Source of the DNA: a virus
Reading direction: 5' to 3' (one strand)
DNA length: 34,639 nt
IMG/VR virus record: IMGVR_UViG_3300028840_004348
Position 1 is the first letter of the stretch, and each line of letters starts with the position of its first letter. The notes below the pieces were generated by a model that saw nothing but the letters and a program-made list of their open reading frames with translations, was not told the origin of the DNA and searched no databases. This document shows, one piece after another, positions 22,794-30,470 of the stretch. The translations under genes and the position numbers were made by a program.

Positions 22794-23417
22794 TCAGAAC
22801 GTACACTCCCCGTTCTCGGGGTCGCAGGTCACGCAGCCGCCCATGCACTGGACGGCGTACTCGTAGAAGCTCGTACAGACCGATCCCGGGTACATCTCCG
22901 GGCAATTGATGTACGTCTCCCAGGTGCCGGTCCAGGAGGCTGTGCAGCTGTCACTGGTGCCGTCGCAGTACTTGACCGCATCCATCTTCTGGAAGAGGTC
23001 CCCGCACTCCTCGTCGCACTGGTAGAAGGCCTCTTCCTCGCAGATGACCTCGTCCTCGGGTTCGAAGAAGTAGCACCCGTCGCAGCAGGGACCGGCCATG
23101 CATTCGCATCCGGTGTCGGTGTCAATATCGCTGTCCGTGCCGGTATCTGTATCGGTATAAGTATCCGTATCTGTAGAGGAATCAGTATCCGTATCAGCGT
23201 CCGTGTCGGTGTCGAGATCAGTCCCCGTATCCGTGGAAGTGTCCGTTTCTACATCGGAATCGGTGTCGGTGTCAGTATCTGTATCGGTGTCGGTATCCGT
23301 GTCGGAGTCGAGATCGGTCCCCGCGTCGTCATCCCATCCGCCGTCTGCCGGAGCCTCAATGCTGGTGTCATAGCAGCCGGCCAACATCAGAGCCATGCTC
23401 ATGATCCAGGTTTTCAT
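22794..23417 (-). CDS. lipoprotein with (TD)n low-complexity linker and C-terminal Cys-rich domain
   Basis: Track ORF with an AAGGAGGG SD. It has a lipobox signal peptide, MKTWIMSMALMLAGC. About 70 residues of DTDTDT/DSDTD repeats follow. The C-terminal roughly 100 aa contain about 18 Cys. Confidence 0.55.
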   Translation of the reverse strand: MKTWIMSMALMLAGCYDTSIEAPADGGWDDDAGTDLDSDTDTDTDTDTDTDTDSDVETDTSTDTGTDLDTDTDADTDTDSSTDTDTYTDTDTGTDSDIDTDTGCECMAGPCCDGCYFFEPEDEVICEEEAFYQCDEECGDLFQKMDAVKYCDGTSDSCTASWTGTWETYINCPEMYPGSVCTSFYEYAVQCMGGCVTCDPENGECTF

Positions 23418-23427
23418 CTGTCCCTCC

Positions 23428-24861
23428 TTACTCGAACTTCTTCGAGTCTACCACAGCGAGAGCCGCGCCGATGCGGCAGAGGCAGTCGTAGTAGTCCTCG
23501 CTGAGATGGTTGCCCGCGCTCTCGTGGCCCAGCTCATGGATGACGAGCCGAAGGATCGACTCGACCGGCCCGTTGAACCAAGCTCTCCCCAGGATCGCCA
23601 CGTTGAACGCGATCCTCCGATGGCCGTACTGCGCAGCGCAGGTCGCGTCCGGGGATTCCATCATCGTGACCGTCACCCCGAAGTCGAAGGCAGCCCGCGA
23701 CACTGCTTTCGAAAGGCGTTCGACCCGGTGCATCCCGGCGGTCCAATCATCGCGGGGAATGGTACGTCCATCCGCCACACCCTGCCGGAAGATCACCGAA
23801 GAAGCCGGAATGGCCTCGGCTTCCCGCATCCGCGCCCACTCTTCGCGGCTCATCTCCTTCGGTGAGACGACGTGGTACCCGTTGGCGATCCCCCGTTCCC
23901 GTCCGTAGTCGTCGCCGGGAGTCAGGACCATGCGGCGTTCGCCCCATCGAAGATCGGCAATGGTAAGGAGCGCGTCGTGCTCGATGCGTTCGTCGGCGGC
24001 TCCGTCCCGCACCCATGCTTCGGAAGCATCTTCCTTGCGGAGCTGCGACACCATGACGTTGAGCACCTCGGCTCGCACGTCCTGGAGGAACGCCGGCTGC
24101 ACGTTATCCCGGTCGGAGTTCAAGGGAACGCGCTGACCGATGTTGTAGTGCCACCTGTCGCCCGTGGGCATCACCGGGATACCCAGCTCGTAGATACTGG
24201 GCTCCTCGCCAGGCGCGGGCTCGTAGACCTCGATGAAGGTCTTCCGACGCGTCTGTCGATACTGCCCCTCCTCGTTCTCGAACTCCGTCTGGAGCGTCAC
24301 ATCGTGGAGCACGTCGTCCGGCATCCGGGGCTCGACCGACTTGCCGTTCACCCGGTACTCGATCTGCTGCGGCATCAGGATCGTCTTGGCGACCCGAACG
24401 CACTCCTTGATCTCGTTCCGGGTCATCGGGATGTACGCCTCGAATACCGAGCCGCTGTCCCGCTTCACGCGCTTGCGCTCTTCCCGCGTCCCGTCCTCGT
24501 GGAAGACCACGGTTCCGGTCGTAGTCGAGACGGTCGCCTTCTTCGCCAGTGACAGGACCTGCTTGTCGCCCATGTTGAAGCGCCCGGCCTTGGTCGGATC
24601 CTTGCGCTTCCGCGTGTGGGCGAAGAGAGTGAAGGCGTGCCGCAGGTCGTAAAAACCTTCGGGCGCGTCGTCCGCGCAGACCACTTGGGCCAGCGGTTTC
24701 CCCGGTACCGGCTTGATGGTGAGCTTGCAGATGGTGACGCCCGCTTCGTCGCGGACGTTCTGCACCAGCTCCTTGACGATGAACGACTTCGGTCGGTGCT
24801 CGTTCATCTGGCCGAGACCGGCCTTGTCGGCCCCGAACCATCCTTTCTGTCGTTTTGCCAT
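23428..24861 (-). CDS. GHKL/Bergerat-fold ATPase (MutL / Topo VI-B-like N-terminus) with C-terminal HExxH metal-binding motif
   Basis: Track ORF 23428..24867 with the start moved to the second ATG, 24861, which sits 8 nt from an AAGGAGGG SD. Motifs present: RPKSFIVKELVQNVRDEAGVT, which resembles the MutL N-box (VVKELVENSLDAGAT); DDAPEG, a G1-like box; GRFNMGDKQVLSLA, a G2-like box resembling GFRGEAL; and a C-terminal VIHELGHESAGNH...CLCR. Confidence 0.55.
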   Translation of the reverse strand: MAKRQKGWFGADKAGLGQMNEHRPKSFIVKELVQNVRDEAGVTICKLTIKPVPGKPLAQVVCADDAPEGFYDLRHAFTLFAHTRKRKDPTKAGRFNMGDKQVLSLAKKATVSTTTGTVVFHEDGTREERKRVKRDSGSVFEAYIPMTRNEIKECVRVAKTILMPQQIEYRVNGKSVEPRMPDDVLHDVTLQTEFENEEGQYRQTRRKTFIEVYEPAPGEEPSIYELGIPVMPTGDRWHYNIGQRVPLNSDRDNVQPAFLQDVRAEVLNVMVSQLRKEDASEAWVRDGAADERIEHDALLTIADLRWGERRMVLTPGDDYGRERGIANGYHVVSPKEMSREEWARMREAEAIPASSVIFRQGVADGRTIPRDDWTAGMHRVERLSKAVSRAAFDFGVTVTMMESPDATCAAQYGHRRIAFNVAILGRAWFNGPVESILRLVIHELGHESAGNHLSEDYYDCLCRIGAALAVVDSKKFE

Positions 24862-24900
24862 TGTCATTGCCCTCCTTGTTCGAACGAATGATTCCGTCGA

Positions 24901-27264
24901 CTACTCGATCTCCTTTCTCTTCGCAGCCAGGCCCTCCAGGAACTCGATGACGCTGAGATGCTCCGGGATCTCCTCGCCGGCATTGACCGCGTCCACGATG
25001 TTGCCCTTCATCTTGATGAGTTCGACCATGTCCTCGTCGAAGGTGCCTTCGCCGTAGAGCCAGTACGAGTTGACCGATGAGGCCTTCGAGCCGATGCGGT
25101 GAACACGGGCCTCGGCCTGTTCCATGATGGCCATGTGCCAGCCGAACTCGACGAAGGCCACGCTGCTGGCGACCTGGAGGTTCAGCCCGAAGTTGGTAGC
25201 CTGCATGGAAGCGACCAGAACACGGCAGCTGTCATCGTTCCAGAACTTGTCCTTCGCGGCCTCGCGCTGCTCGTCGGAGTCGCCTCCCGAGATGGTGGCC
25301 GGATTGTAGTCAGTGAGCGCCTCGGCCAGCTGCTGCTGGATGTTCCGATGATGGGCGAAGACCACCAGCTTGCCGTCGTTGTCAAGGAAGTTCTTGATCC
25401 ACTCGATGCAGCCGTTGAGCTTGTGCCTGACAGCGAGCTGGCGCAACCCGTTGATCCGAACCAGCGCCTCGGCGCGGTAGGCTTTGTCGAAGGCCTTCCG
25501 GGCATCATCCGTATCCAGAACGCCCCGTTCGATCTTCCGGTCGATGACCCATCGGACTACATCATCAACGGCTCTCCGGTATTCGGTGACGCGGTCGATC
25601 TCGATGGGAACCTCGGTGCGCTGCAACGGGGGCAGCTCCTTGGCCACGTCCTTCTTCTCGCGGCGAACGTAGCAGCTGGCGCGCAGCTTCCGGGCCAGCT
25701 CCTCCAGGTTGGTCGCGCCGTTCATGTCCCAGCCGTACTGGGTGCGGGTCGCGCCGCAGTAGCGCCGCATGAACTTCCAGGCCCCTCCGAACTCCTTCAG
25801 ACGATCCAGGAAGGCCAACTGGTTGACCAGCTCGACCGGGCGGTTGAGGAGGGGCGTCCCGCTCAGACAGAGACGGATCGGGATGTTCTTGGACAGCTCG
25901 ATAGCGGCTTCAGAACGTTGGGCCTTCTTGTTCTTGACCTGCTGGCTCTCGTCGAGGACGATGGCCTTCCACGGAACGTCCTTGAGGCCGTCCAGGTGCT
26001 TCTTGAGGATGTCGTAGTTGATGATGACCACCTCACCCCCGTACTGGGTGAGATCGCCGCCAGAAACGACCTGAGCGCTTCTGGCGGGCAGCCAGCGCCG
26101 GACCTCCTGCGCCCACTGGAGCTTGACCGCCTTGGGAACGACCACGAGGGCCGGGTAGGCGTCCTCGGCCTGGAGCACGCCGAGGGCCTGGATGGTCTTG
26201 CCGAGTCCCATCTCGTCGGCGATGAAGCAACACTTGGTCTCAGTGGCGTACTTGATGCCTCCACGCTGGAAAGGACGGAGCTTCAGGTCGCCGCTTCCGA
26301 GGCCTTCGATCTCGATGTCGGCGTCGACCGCCTGGGAGGCGTGGATGCGCTCGCGGGTCGCCTTCTCCATCGTGGTGACCTCGTCGCGAAGGCCGGCTTC
26401 GACCCGGAGGTTGAACTCGTCCGCCAGCGCCAAGACCCTGCGCCCTGCCTCGACGGTCAGCGGGAAGTAGTTGACGTCCCGAGGACCACCATTGCGTCCG
26501 GCCCAGTCGCGACCTTCGATGGTCTGCATCTTGTTGACGAGGGCCGGATCGTAGTCAGTCTTGGTGGCAATCCGGTCGCCATCGATCCAAACCTGCGGCT
26601 TCACAGCAGCATCCGCTTCCTCAGCGAGGATGGCACTGACCTTCTCGTCAAGCACCGCGCGATCGGCCCCGGAGATGATGAAGCCGAAGTCCTCGATGAT
26701 GGCGGGAAGGAGCTTAAGGCCAGCGTCCCGCATCCTCCAGAAACTGCCCATCCACTTGCGGTCGGCCCAGGCAGCTTCCTTGATGCGGTCGATCAGCTCG
26801 TAGTTCTTGGGGCTGTACAGCTCGAAGTGGTTCTCGCGCTCGTTGTAGACGGCGACCATCTGCTTCTTGTAAGTGAGCAGGTAGGATGGGAGCGCCGTCT
26901 CGCCGCGTTGGACCTTCTCCAAGTCGACCTTGGCCTGGGCGCGCTCGGCCTTGGTTTTCATCGCCTTGGAGACTTCGCCGCGCTTCGGCTCGCGCTCCCA
27001 GTTGACCTTGACCTTGGGAAGCGCGTCCACGTCGACACCGTAAGCCTCCAACTGACCTCGATACTTGGTGAGCATGTTACGGACGACGTGACAGGTCTCG
27101 GCGTCCCACTCGCTCGGGTCGACCCAGGCGATGTAGTTGCCGAACGACTGATCCGGCTTGTTGAAGCCGTGGTCGTCGCGGGTCATTGCGCCATCGCACA
27201 CGGCGGATAGCCTGGAGCAGGCATCCTTGAGGATGGCGGCAGCCTCGGTGATTTCAATGGTCAT
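24901..27264 (-). CDS. SNF2/SWI2-family helicase with roughly 330-aa uncharacterised N-terminal region
   Basis: Track ORF 24901..27588 trimmed to ATG 27264, which has an AAGGAGGG SD and a TTGACA-17-ATATAT promoter upstream. Helicase motifs present: LRPFQ, DEMGLGKT (motif I), VLDESQQVKN (motif II), LSGTPLLNRP (motif III), helicase-C VVFAHHRNI, and QAEARVHRIG (motif VI). Confidence 0.75.
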   Translation of the reverse strand: MTIEITEAAAILKDACSRLSAVCDGAMTRDDHGFNKPDQSFGNYIAWVDPSEWDAETCHVVRNMLTKYRGQLEAYGVDVDALPKVKVNWEREPKRGEVSKAMKTKAERAQAKVDLEKVQRGETALPSYLLTYKKQMVAVYNERENHFELYSPKNYELIDRIKEAAWADRKWMGSFWRMRDAGLKLLPAIIEDFGFIISGADRAVLDEKVSAILAEEADAAVKPQVWIDGDRIATKTDYDPALVNKMQTIEGRDWAGRNGGPRDVNYFPLTVEAGRRVLALADEFNLRVEAGLRDEVTTMEKATRERIHASQAVDADIEIEGLGSGDLKLRPFQRGGIKYATETKCCFIADEMGLGKTIQALGVLQAEDAYPALVVVPKAVKLQWAQEVRRWLPARSAQVVSGGDLTQYGGEVVIINYDILKKHLDGLKDVPWKAIVLDESQQVKNKKAQRSEAAIELSKNIPIRLCLSGTPLLNRPVELVNQLAFLDRLKEFGGAWKFMRRYCGATRTQYGWDMNGATNLEELARKLRASCYVRREKKDVAKELPPLQRTEVPIEIDRVTEYRRAVDDVVRWVIDRKIERGVLDTDDARKAFDKAYRAEALVRINGLRQLAVRHKLNGCIEWIKNFLDNDGKLVVFAHHRNIQQQLAEALTDYNPATISGGDSDEQREAAKDKFWNDDSCRVLVASMQATNFGLNLQVASSVAFVEFGWHMAIMEQAEARVHRIGSKASSVNSYWLYGEGTFDEDMVELIKMKGNIVDAVNAGEEIPEHLSVIEFLEGLAAKRKEIE

Positions 27265-27294
27265 GTTGTCAGTGCCCTCCTTCATTGTCTCTAG

Positions 27295-27323
27295 ATATAT
27301 CACGAGAGTATGGGACCTGTCAA
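27295..27323 (-). promoter_or_regulatory. sigma70-like promoter TTGACA-17-ATATAT for the SNF2 operon, preceded by a T7 tract
   Basis: On the minus strand the sequence reads GGGCTTTTTTTATATTGACAGGTCCCATACTCTCGTGATATAT. It sits about 30 nt upstream of the SD and ATG at 27264. Confidence 0.5.
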
Positions 27324-27353
27324 TATAAAAAAAGCCCACCCTAAGAAGAGAAA

Positions 27354-27390
27354 CCGGGCGGCGCGGGAGGGCAAGACCTACGCCGCCCGG
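27354..27390 (-). terminator. rho-independent-like terminator after the DUF2786-like gene
   Basis: A perfect 10-bp inverted repeat, CCGGGCGGCG...CGCCGCCCGG, is followed on the minus strand by the U-rich GTTTCTCTTCTT. Confidence 0.45.
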
Positions 27391-27400
27391 CGATGGAAGG

Positions 27401-28237
27401 CTACTTTCCGAGACCTTTCCGAATCTGGACATGCTCCGAGTCGCGCTCACCGTCCTGGTAATGCTTGACTCCGGTATGCTTCGCACGAGGACGTGGCTTC
27501 TTCTCCTCAGGATCTTCGAATCCCTTCGACCGGAGCCATGCCTTGGCGATGCCTTCGTATCGAACAGCCAGCGCGGTGATCTGCTCACCTTGCTCGGACG
27601 CCTCCTCCTGCTCCTTCAGCTCCTTGAGACGCTTGGCGAAACCAAACACAAGTCCTTCACGGTACTCGCGCTTGGCCGCGTTCCGATACGACTCGAAGGT
27701 TTTGTAGTAGTAGCGTCCCAGACTGCTCATCAGCTGTCGCATCAGGCCGCGTTGCCGGTCTGGATTCTCCCACTCGGCGCGGTCGACATGATATTTCCGG
27801 GACAGCTCTCTGATCTGGTTGAAGACCGACTGGAAGGCGTAAGCTGCCATCGAGGCGTTGAGTTTCACCCCGTAGAACATCAGTCGCCCACCAGTCCAGT
27901 AGGTGGGCTCGATGTAGGTCACCGAAGCGTCCATATAGTCGGCCACCACGATAGCCAAGGACAAGGCCCACTTAGCAGTCTGCTTGGTCTTCATGTCGAT
28001 GACCACCCCATCCGCCTCCGGCCCCTGAGCGGCTCCAGGAGCGCCCACGACCTCGACGTCCTCCATCTCCAGGCCGTACTGGAGCATCAGCCTCCGCGCC
28101 AGCTCCAGGGCAGCCTGGGCTTCGTGGTCGACGTCCTCTGGCTTCTCCGCGTTCCGGACAGCGTTCTCGGCCCGGTTGAAGAGCAGCTGGACGCGCTCGA
28201 TGACCTTCTTCAGCTTGTCTGGATCAACTTCGGGCAT
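27401..28237 (-). CDS. hypothetical protein with N-terminal DUF2786-like motif
   Basis: Track ORF 27401..28294 trimmed to ATG 28237. The N-terminus reads VIERVQLLFNRAENAVRNAEKPEDVDHEAQAALELARRLMLQYGLE. That matches the LL-x-A-E...EAEAA...A-x-xLMxKyGL signature of DUF2786. This match is from memory of the family. Confidence 0.45.
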   Translation of the reverse strand: MPEVDPDKLKKVIERVQLLFNRAENAVRNAEKPEDVDHEAQAALELARRLMLQYGLEMEDVEVVGAPGAAQGPEADGVVIDMKTKQTAKWALSLAIVVADYMDASVTYIEPTYWTGGRLMFYGVKLNASMAAYAFQSVFNQIRELSRKYHVDRAEWENPDRQRGLMRQLMSSLGRYYYKTFESYRNAAKREYREGLVFGFAKRLKELKEQEEASEQGEQITALAVRYEGIAKAWLRSKGFEDPEEKKPRPRAKHTGVKHYQDGERDSEHVQIRKGLGK

Positions 28238-28544
28238 CGCAGTCGCATTCTTCCGTTCGTGGCTTCCCGCAAGTCGCGCACCACCGGGCTTCACTATGGA
28301 CCTGTTCGATCCATGCCACGGTCTCGGCCCAGCTTTCGTTGCCCCGTTGATGGGGCCACGCCCTCTCTCCTTTCGCGAGCGCGTTCGTGATGGCAGTTAT
28401 TTCCTCGATGATTTCCTCGCGCTTCTTCTCCACATAGTAGTCGATGAGCTGTTCCGGCGTCGCGTCGTAGACGATAATGTCATCCACGATAGTAGAGAAG
28501 ATGGCGAACTTGCCGCTTGGCATCTTGACGATTCGATGACCCAT
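28224..28544 (-). CDS. hypothetical protein with C-terminal CxxC...CDC
   Basis: Track ORF 28224..28562 trimmed to ATG 28544, which forms a TGATG overlap with the HD gene stop. Confidence 0.4.
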   Translation of the reverse strand: MGHRIVKMPSGKFAIFSTIVDDIIVYDATPEQLIDYYVEKKREEIIEEITAITNALAKGERAWPHQRGNESWAETVAWIEQVHSEARWCATCGKPRTEECDCDARS

Positions 28545-29080
28545 CAGTCCGCCATCCCCCACAGGATGTCCAGGGCGCGCTTGTAACGCCGCTCGATGCT
28601 GCGCTCCTGCTCGGGCAGCCCCTCGATCCGGGAAAGGTTGTCCTGGAGATCAGCGAGCTTCACGCGCAGCGCGATGCGCGCCGCCTCCTGCATGTCTGAA
28701 TTCGGGTACACCGACTTGCTGGCTTCCTTGATCGACCGGATGTACTGGACATAGGTCGGTCGATGCACCCCGGCTTCCGCAGGCGGACGAGTGAGCAAAC
28801 GGACCGCCTCGACGACGCTGACGCTGAATCCTTCGATACGCAGGTCTTCCGGCGTGGCGTCAGTGTCTTCGCAGACATCGTGAAGCACCGCGACTTTCAT
28901 CGCATCCAGATCCGGCCCGAGAATCGGCAGTCCGACGCCTTGTCGATTCTCTTTCCAAGCTACCGCCACCATGACGCGGAGCGGATGCAGGATGTAGGGA
29001 TGCCCCTGCTTGTCGACTTGGCCTGCGTGAGTATTGGCGGCAAGCTCGATGGCTCGCTCGATTGATCCGTCCCGTCTCAT
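28544..29080 (-). CDS. HD-domain phosphohydrolase, SpoT/Mesh1-like (candidate (p)ppGpp or nucleotide pyrophosphohydrolase)
   Basis: Track ORF 28544..29146 trimmed to ATG 29080. The alternative start at 29146 has no SD and adds a hydrophobic junk N-terminus. Motifs present are AANTHAGQVDKQGHPYILHPLRV and AVLHDVCEDT, which follow the H...HD...D pattern of the RelA/SpoT hydrolase HD fold. Confidence 0.55.
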   Translation of the reverse strand: MRRDGSIERAIELAANTHAGQVDKQGHPYILHPLRVMVAVAWKENRQGVGLPILGPDLDAMKVAVLHDVCEDTDATPEDLRIEGFSVSVVEAVRLLTRPPAEAGVHRPTYVQYIRSIKEASKSVYPNSDMQEAARIALRVKLADLQDNLSRIEGLPEQERSIERRYKRALDILWGMAD

Positions 29081-29146
29081 TTTTTCATTTACCTTCTTCT
29101 TGAAGCTGTTCCATCCAACGATTAACCAGCGCACTCCAAACTTCAT

Positions 29147-29346
29147 CAGATTTATATGTAGGAGTTAAAGGAATCTCCCCAAATACCTCGAAAAAACGAA
29201 TCTTGAATTTTTTGGGGGACAATAACTGACTTGTGGTAAGTTTAAGTTTTTTTTCCTTCTAAGTAGAACTCGTAAAAAGATGGCTGAGTGTTCTTGAACA
29301 CTATTTTGTCAAATACAATAGAAACAAGATCATATCTACGCATCGC
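29147..29346. promoter_or_regulatory. 200-bp AT-rich intergenic region with an AGTGTTC-tt-GAACACT inverted repeat (candidate operator) upstream of the HD-hydrolase gene
   Basis: This is the only extended AT-rich stretch outside the tRNA array. The inverted repeat lies at 29287-29302, next to a TTGACA on the minus strand. Confidence 0.4.
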
Positions 29347-30405
29347 TTACCACTCCTCTTCGCAGTTATTGCAATAGTACCGAGGCTCGTCATCCTCGGC
29401 ATCCGGGTTCGCATCCTCGATGCCAGTGCTGCCGCAGGCCGGGCAACGCACCGTGTCATCGTCCGCGTCCTCTTCGTCGTCCGCCCTATCGTCAATGTCG
29501 TCGACGTGATACGCGCGGTTCTCCTTCTGCCGGTAGTCCTCCGCGAAGGTGTAGAGTTCTTCCTTCATCTTCCGCTCGACGGCCACCATCTTGTCCCAAA
29601 GGTCGGGGTCGCGGAGCGCCTGGACGGCCTCGGTCACCAGCTGATCGAGGGCCTTGGGCTCGACCGCGTCCAGCTCCCAGCTGGAGTCGCCGTACTGCTC
29701 GATGTACTTGTCGGCGCGGGAGTCGGTCAACTTGGCCGGGTTCTCGGGAGGCCGGAGTTCCTCGACCTGGGAGTACTTGAGCGCCAGCCGCTCGAAGGTC
29801 ACCGGGTGCCCCGAGAACAGCGAGAGGCGCTCCTCCACATCACGGTCCATGTCCAGACCGCTGGGGTCGTGGTCGCCCAGGTACAGGATGTGGATGCGCT
29901 TGTCGTCGTTCTTGTAGAGCCGCTTCAGCCGCTGCCCTATACGGTACATCATCGACTGGCTGGAGTAGCCCTTGTTGGCCGTGAAGTTCACGTCCAGGCG
30001 ACGGCAGACGGGGATGAGGACGCCTTCGAGCGCCTGCTTCTCCACCATGACCTCGATGTGGTTCGACTGCCCCTCCCACTTGTCGATAGCGAAGGAGCGC
30101 GCCGCCGCCTCGATGATGTCCGCCGGGCTGTCCCAGTGCGACGGCGACTCAGTCTTGCGGCCACGGTCGACGATCATGTCCCAGTCGATCAGCCCGGCCA
30201 TGCGCGCGTCGTTCACGAGCGTCCCGAGCGTCTTGTACTCCTTCTGGTTGTTCGGGATGATGTCCTTGGACACCAGCTGATAAAAGAGTTGCCGCAACGT
30301 CAGGTCGTAGCCCTGAGCCTTGTAGCTGTCCAGAATCGCGTTGATGGTTTGGAGCAGCTGGAGCTTATCATCTCGAAAGTCCCGCTCGATGAATGCTTGT
30401 TTCAC
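29347..30405 (-). CDS. Topo VI subunit A / Spo11-like protein (stand-alone 'Mini-A'-type)
   Basis: Track ORF with a GTG start, an AAGGAGAG SD and a TTGACA-17-TAAGAA promoter. The winged-helix region TLRQLFYQLV matches the catalytic R-x-x-F/Y-Y motif. The Toprim region carries HIEVMVEKQALEG (the conserved Glu), TANKGYSS (the KG motif) and ILYLGDHDPSGLDM (the DxDPxG motif). Confidence 0.6.
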   Translation of the reverse strand: MKQAFIERDFRDDKLQLLQTINAILDSYKAQGYDLTLRQLFYQLVSKDIIPNNQKEYKTLGTLVNDARMAGLIDWDMIVDRGRKTESPSHWDSPADIIEAAARSFAIDKWEGQSNHIEVMVEKQALEGVLIPVCRRLDVNFTANKGYSSQSMMYRIGQRLKRLYKNDDKRIHILYLGDHDPSGLDMDRDVEERLSLFSGHPVTFERLALKYSQVEELRPPENPAKLTDSRADKYIEQYGDSSWELDAVEPKALDQLVTEAVQALRDPDLWDKMVAVERKMKEELYTFAEDYRQKENRAYHVDDIDDRADDEEDADDDTVRCPACGSTGIEDANPDAEDDEPRYYCNNCEEEW

Positions 30406-30429
30406 GCGATTGCTCTCCTTTTTCCCAGA

Positions 30430-30458
30430 TTCTTAACATATGCTGAGGGTTCTGTCAA
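30430..30458 (-). promoter_or_regulatory. sigma70-like promoter TTGACA-17-TAAGAA for the Mini-A gene
   Basis: Minus strand reads TTTTTATATTGACAGAACCCTCAGCATATGTTAAGAA, then AAGGAGAG and GTG. Confidence 0.45.
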
Positions 30459-30470
30459 TATAAAAAGATA

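Noticed and set aside
25099-27210. 703-aa plus-strand ORF
   Set aside because: It is exactly antisense to the SNF2 helicase, which has unmistakable motifs. Its composition is the Leu/Val/Asp/Gly-rich mirror frame.
27401-28294. Full-length N-terminal extensions of many track ORFs (e.g. 27401..28294, 24901..27588, 21977..22780, 12130..12756, 17837..18343, 31049..32047)
   Set aside because: The extensions overlap the upstream gene by 50-700 nt in another frame, and are Arg/Gly/Ser-rich low complexity. Internal ATGs with SDs and 1-4 nt stop/start overlaps are far more plausible. Starts were trimmed accordingly.
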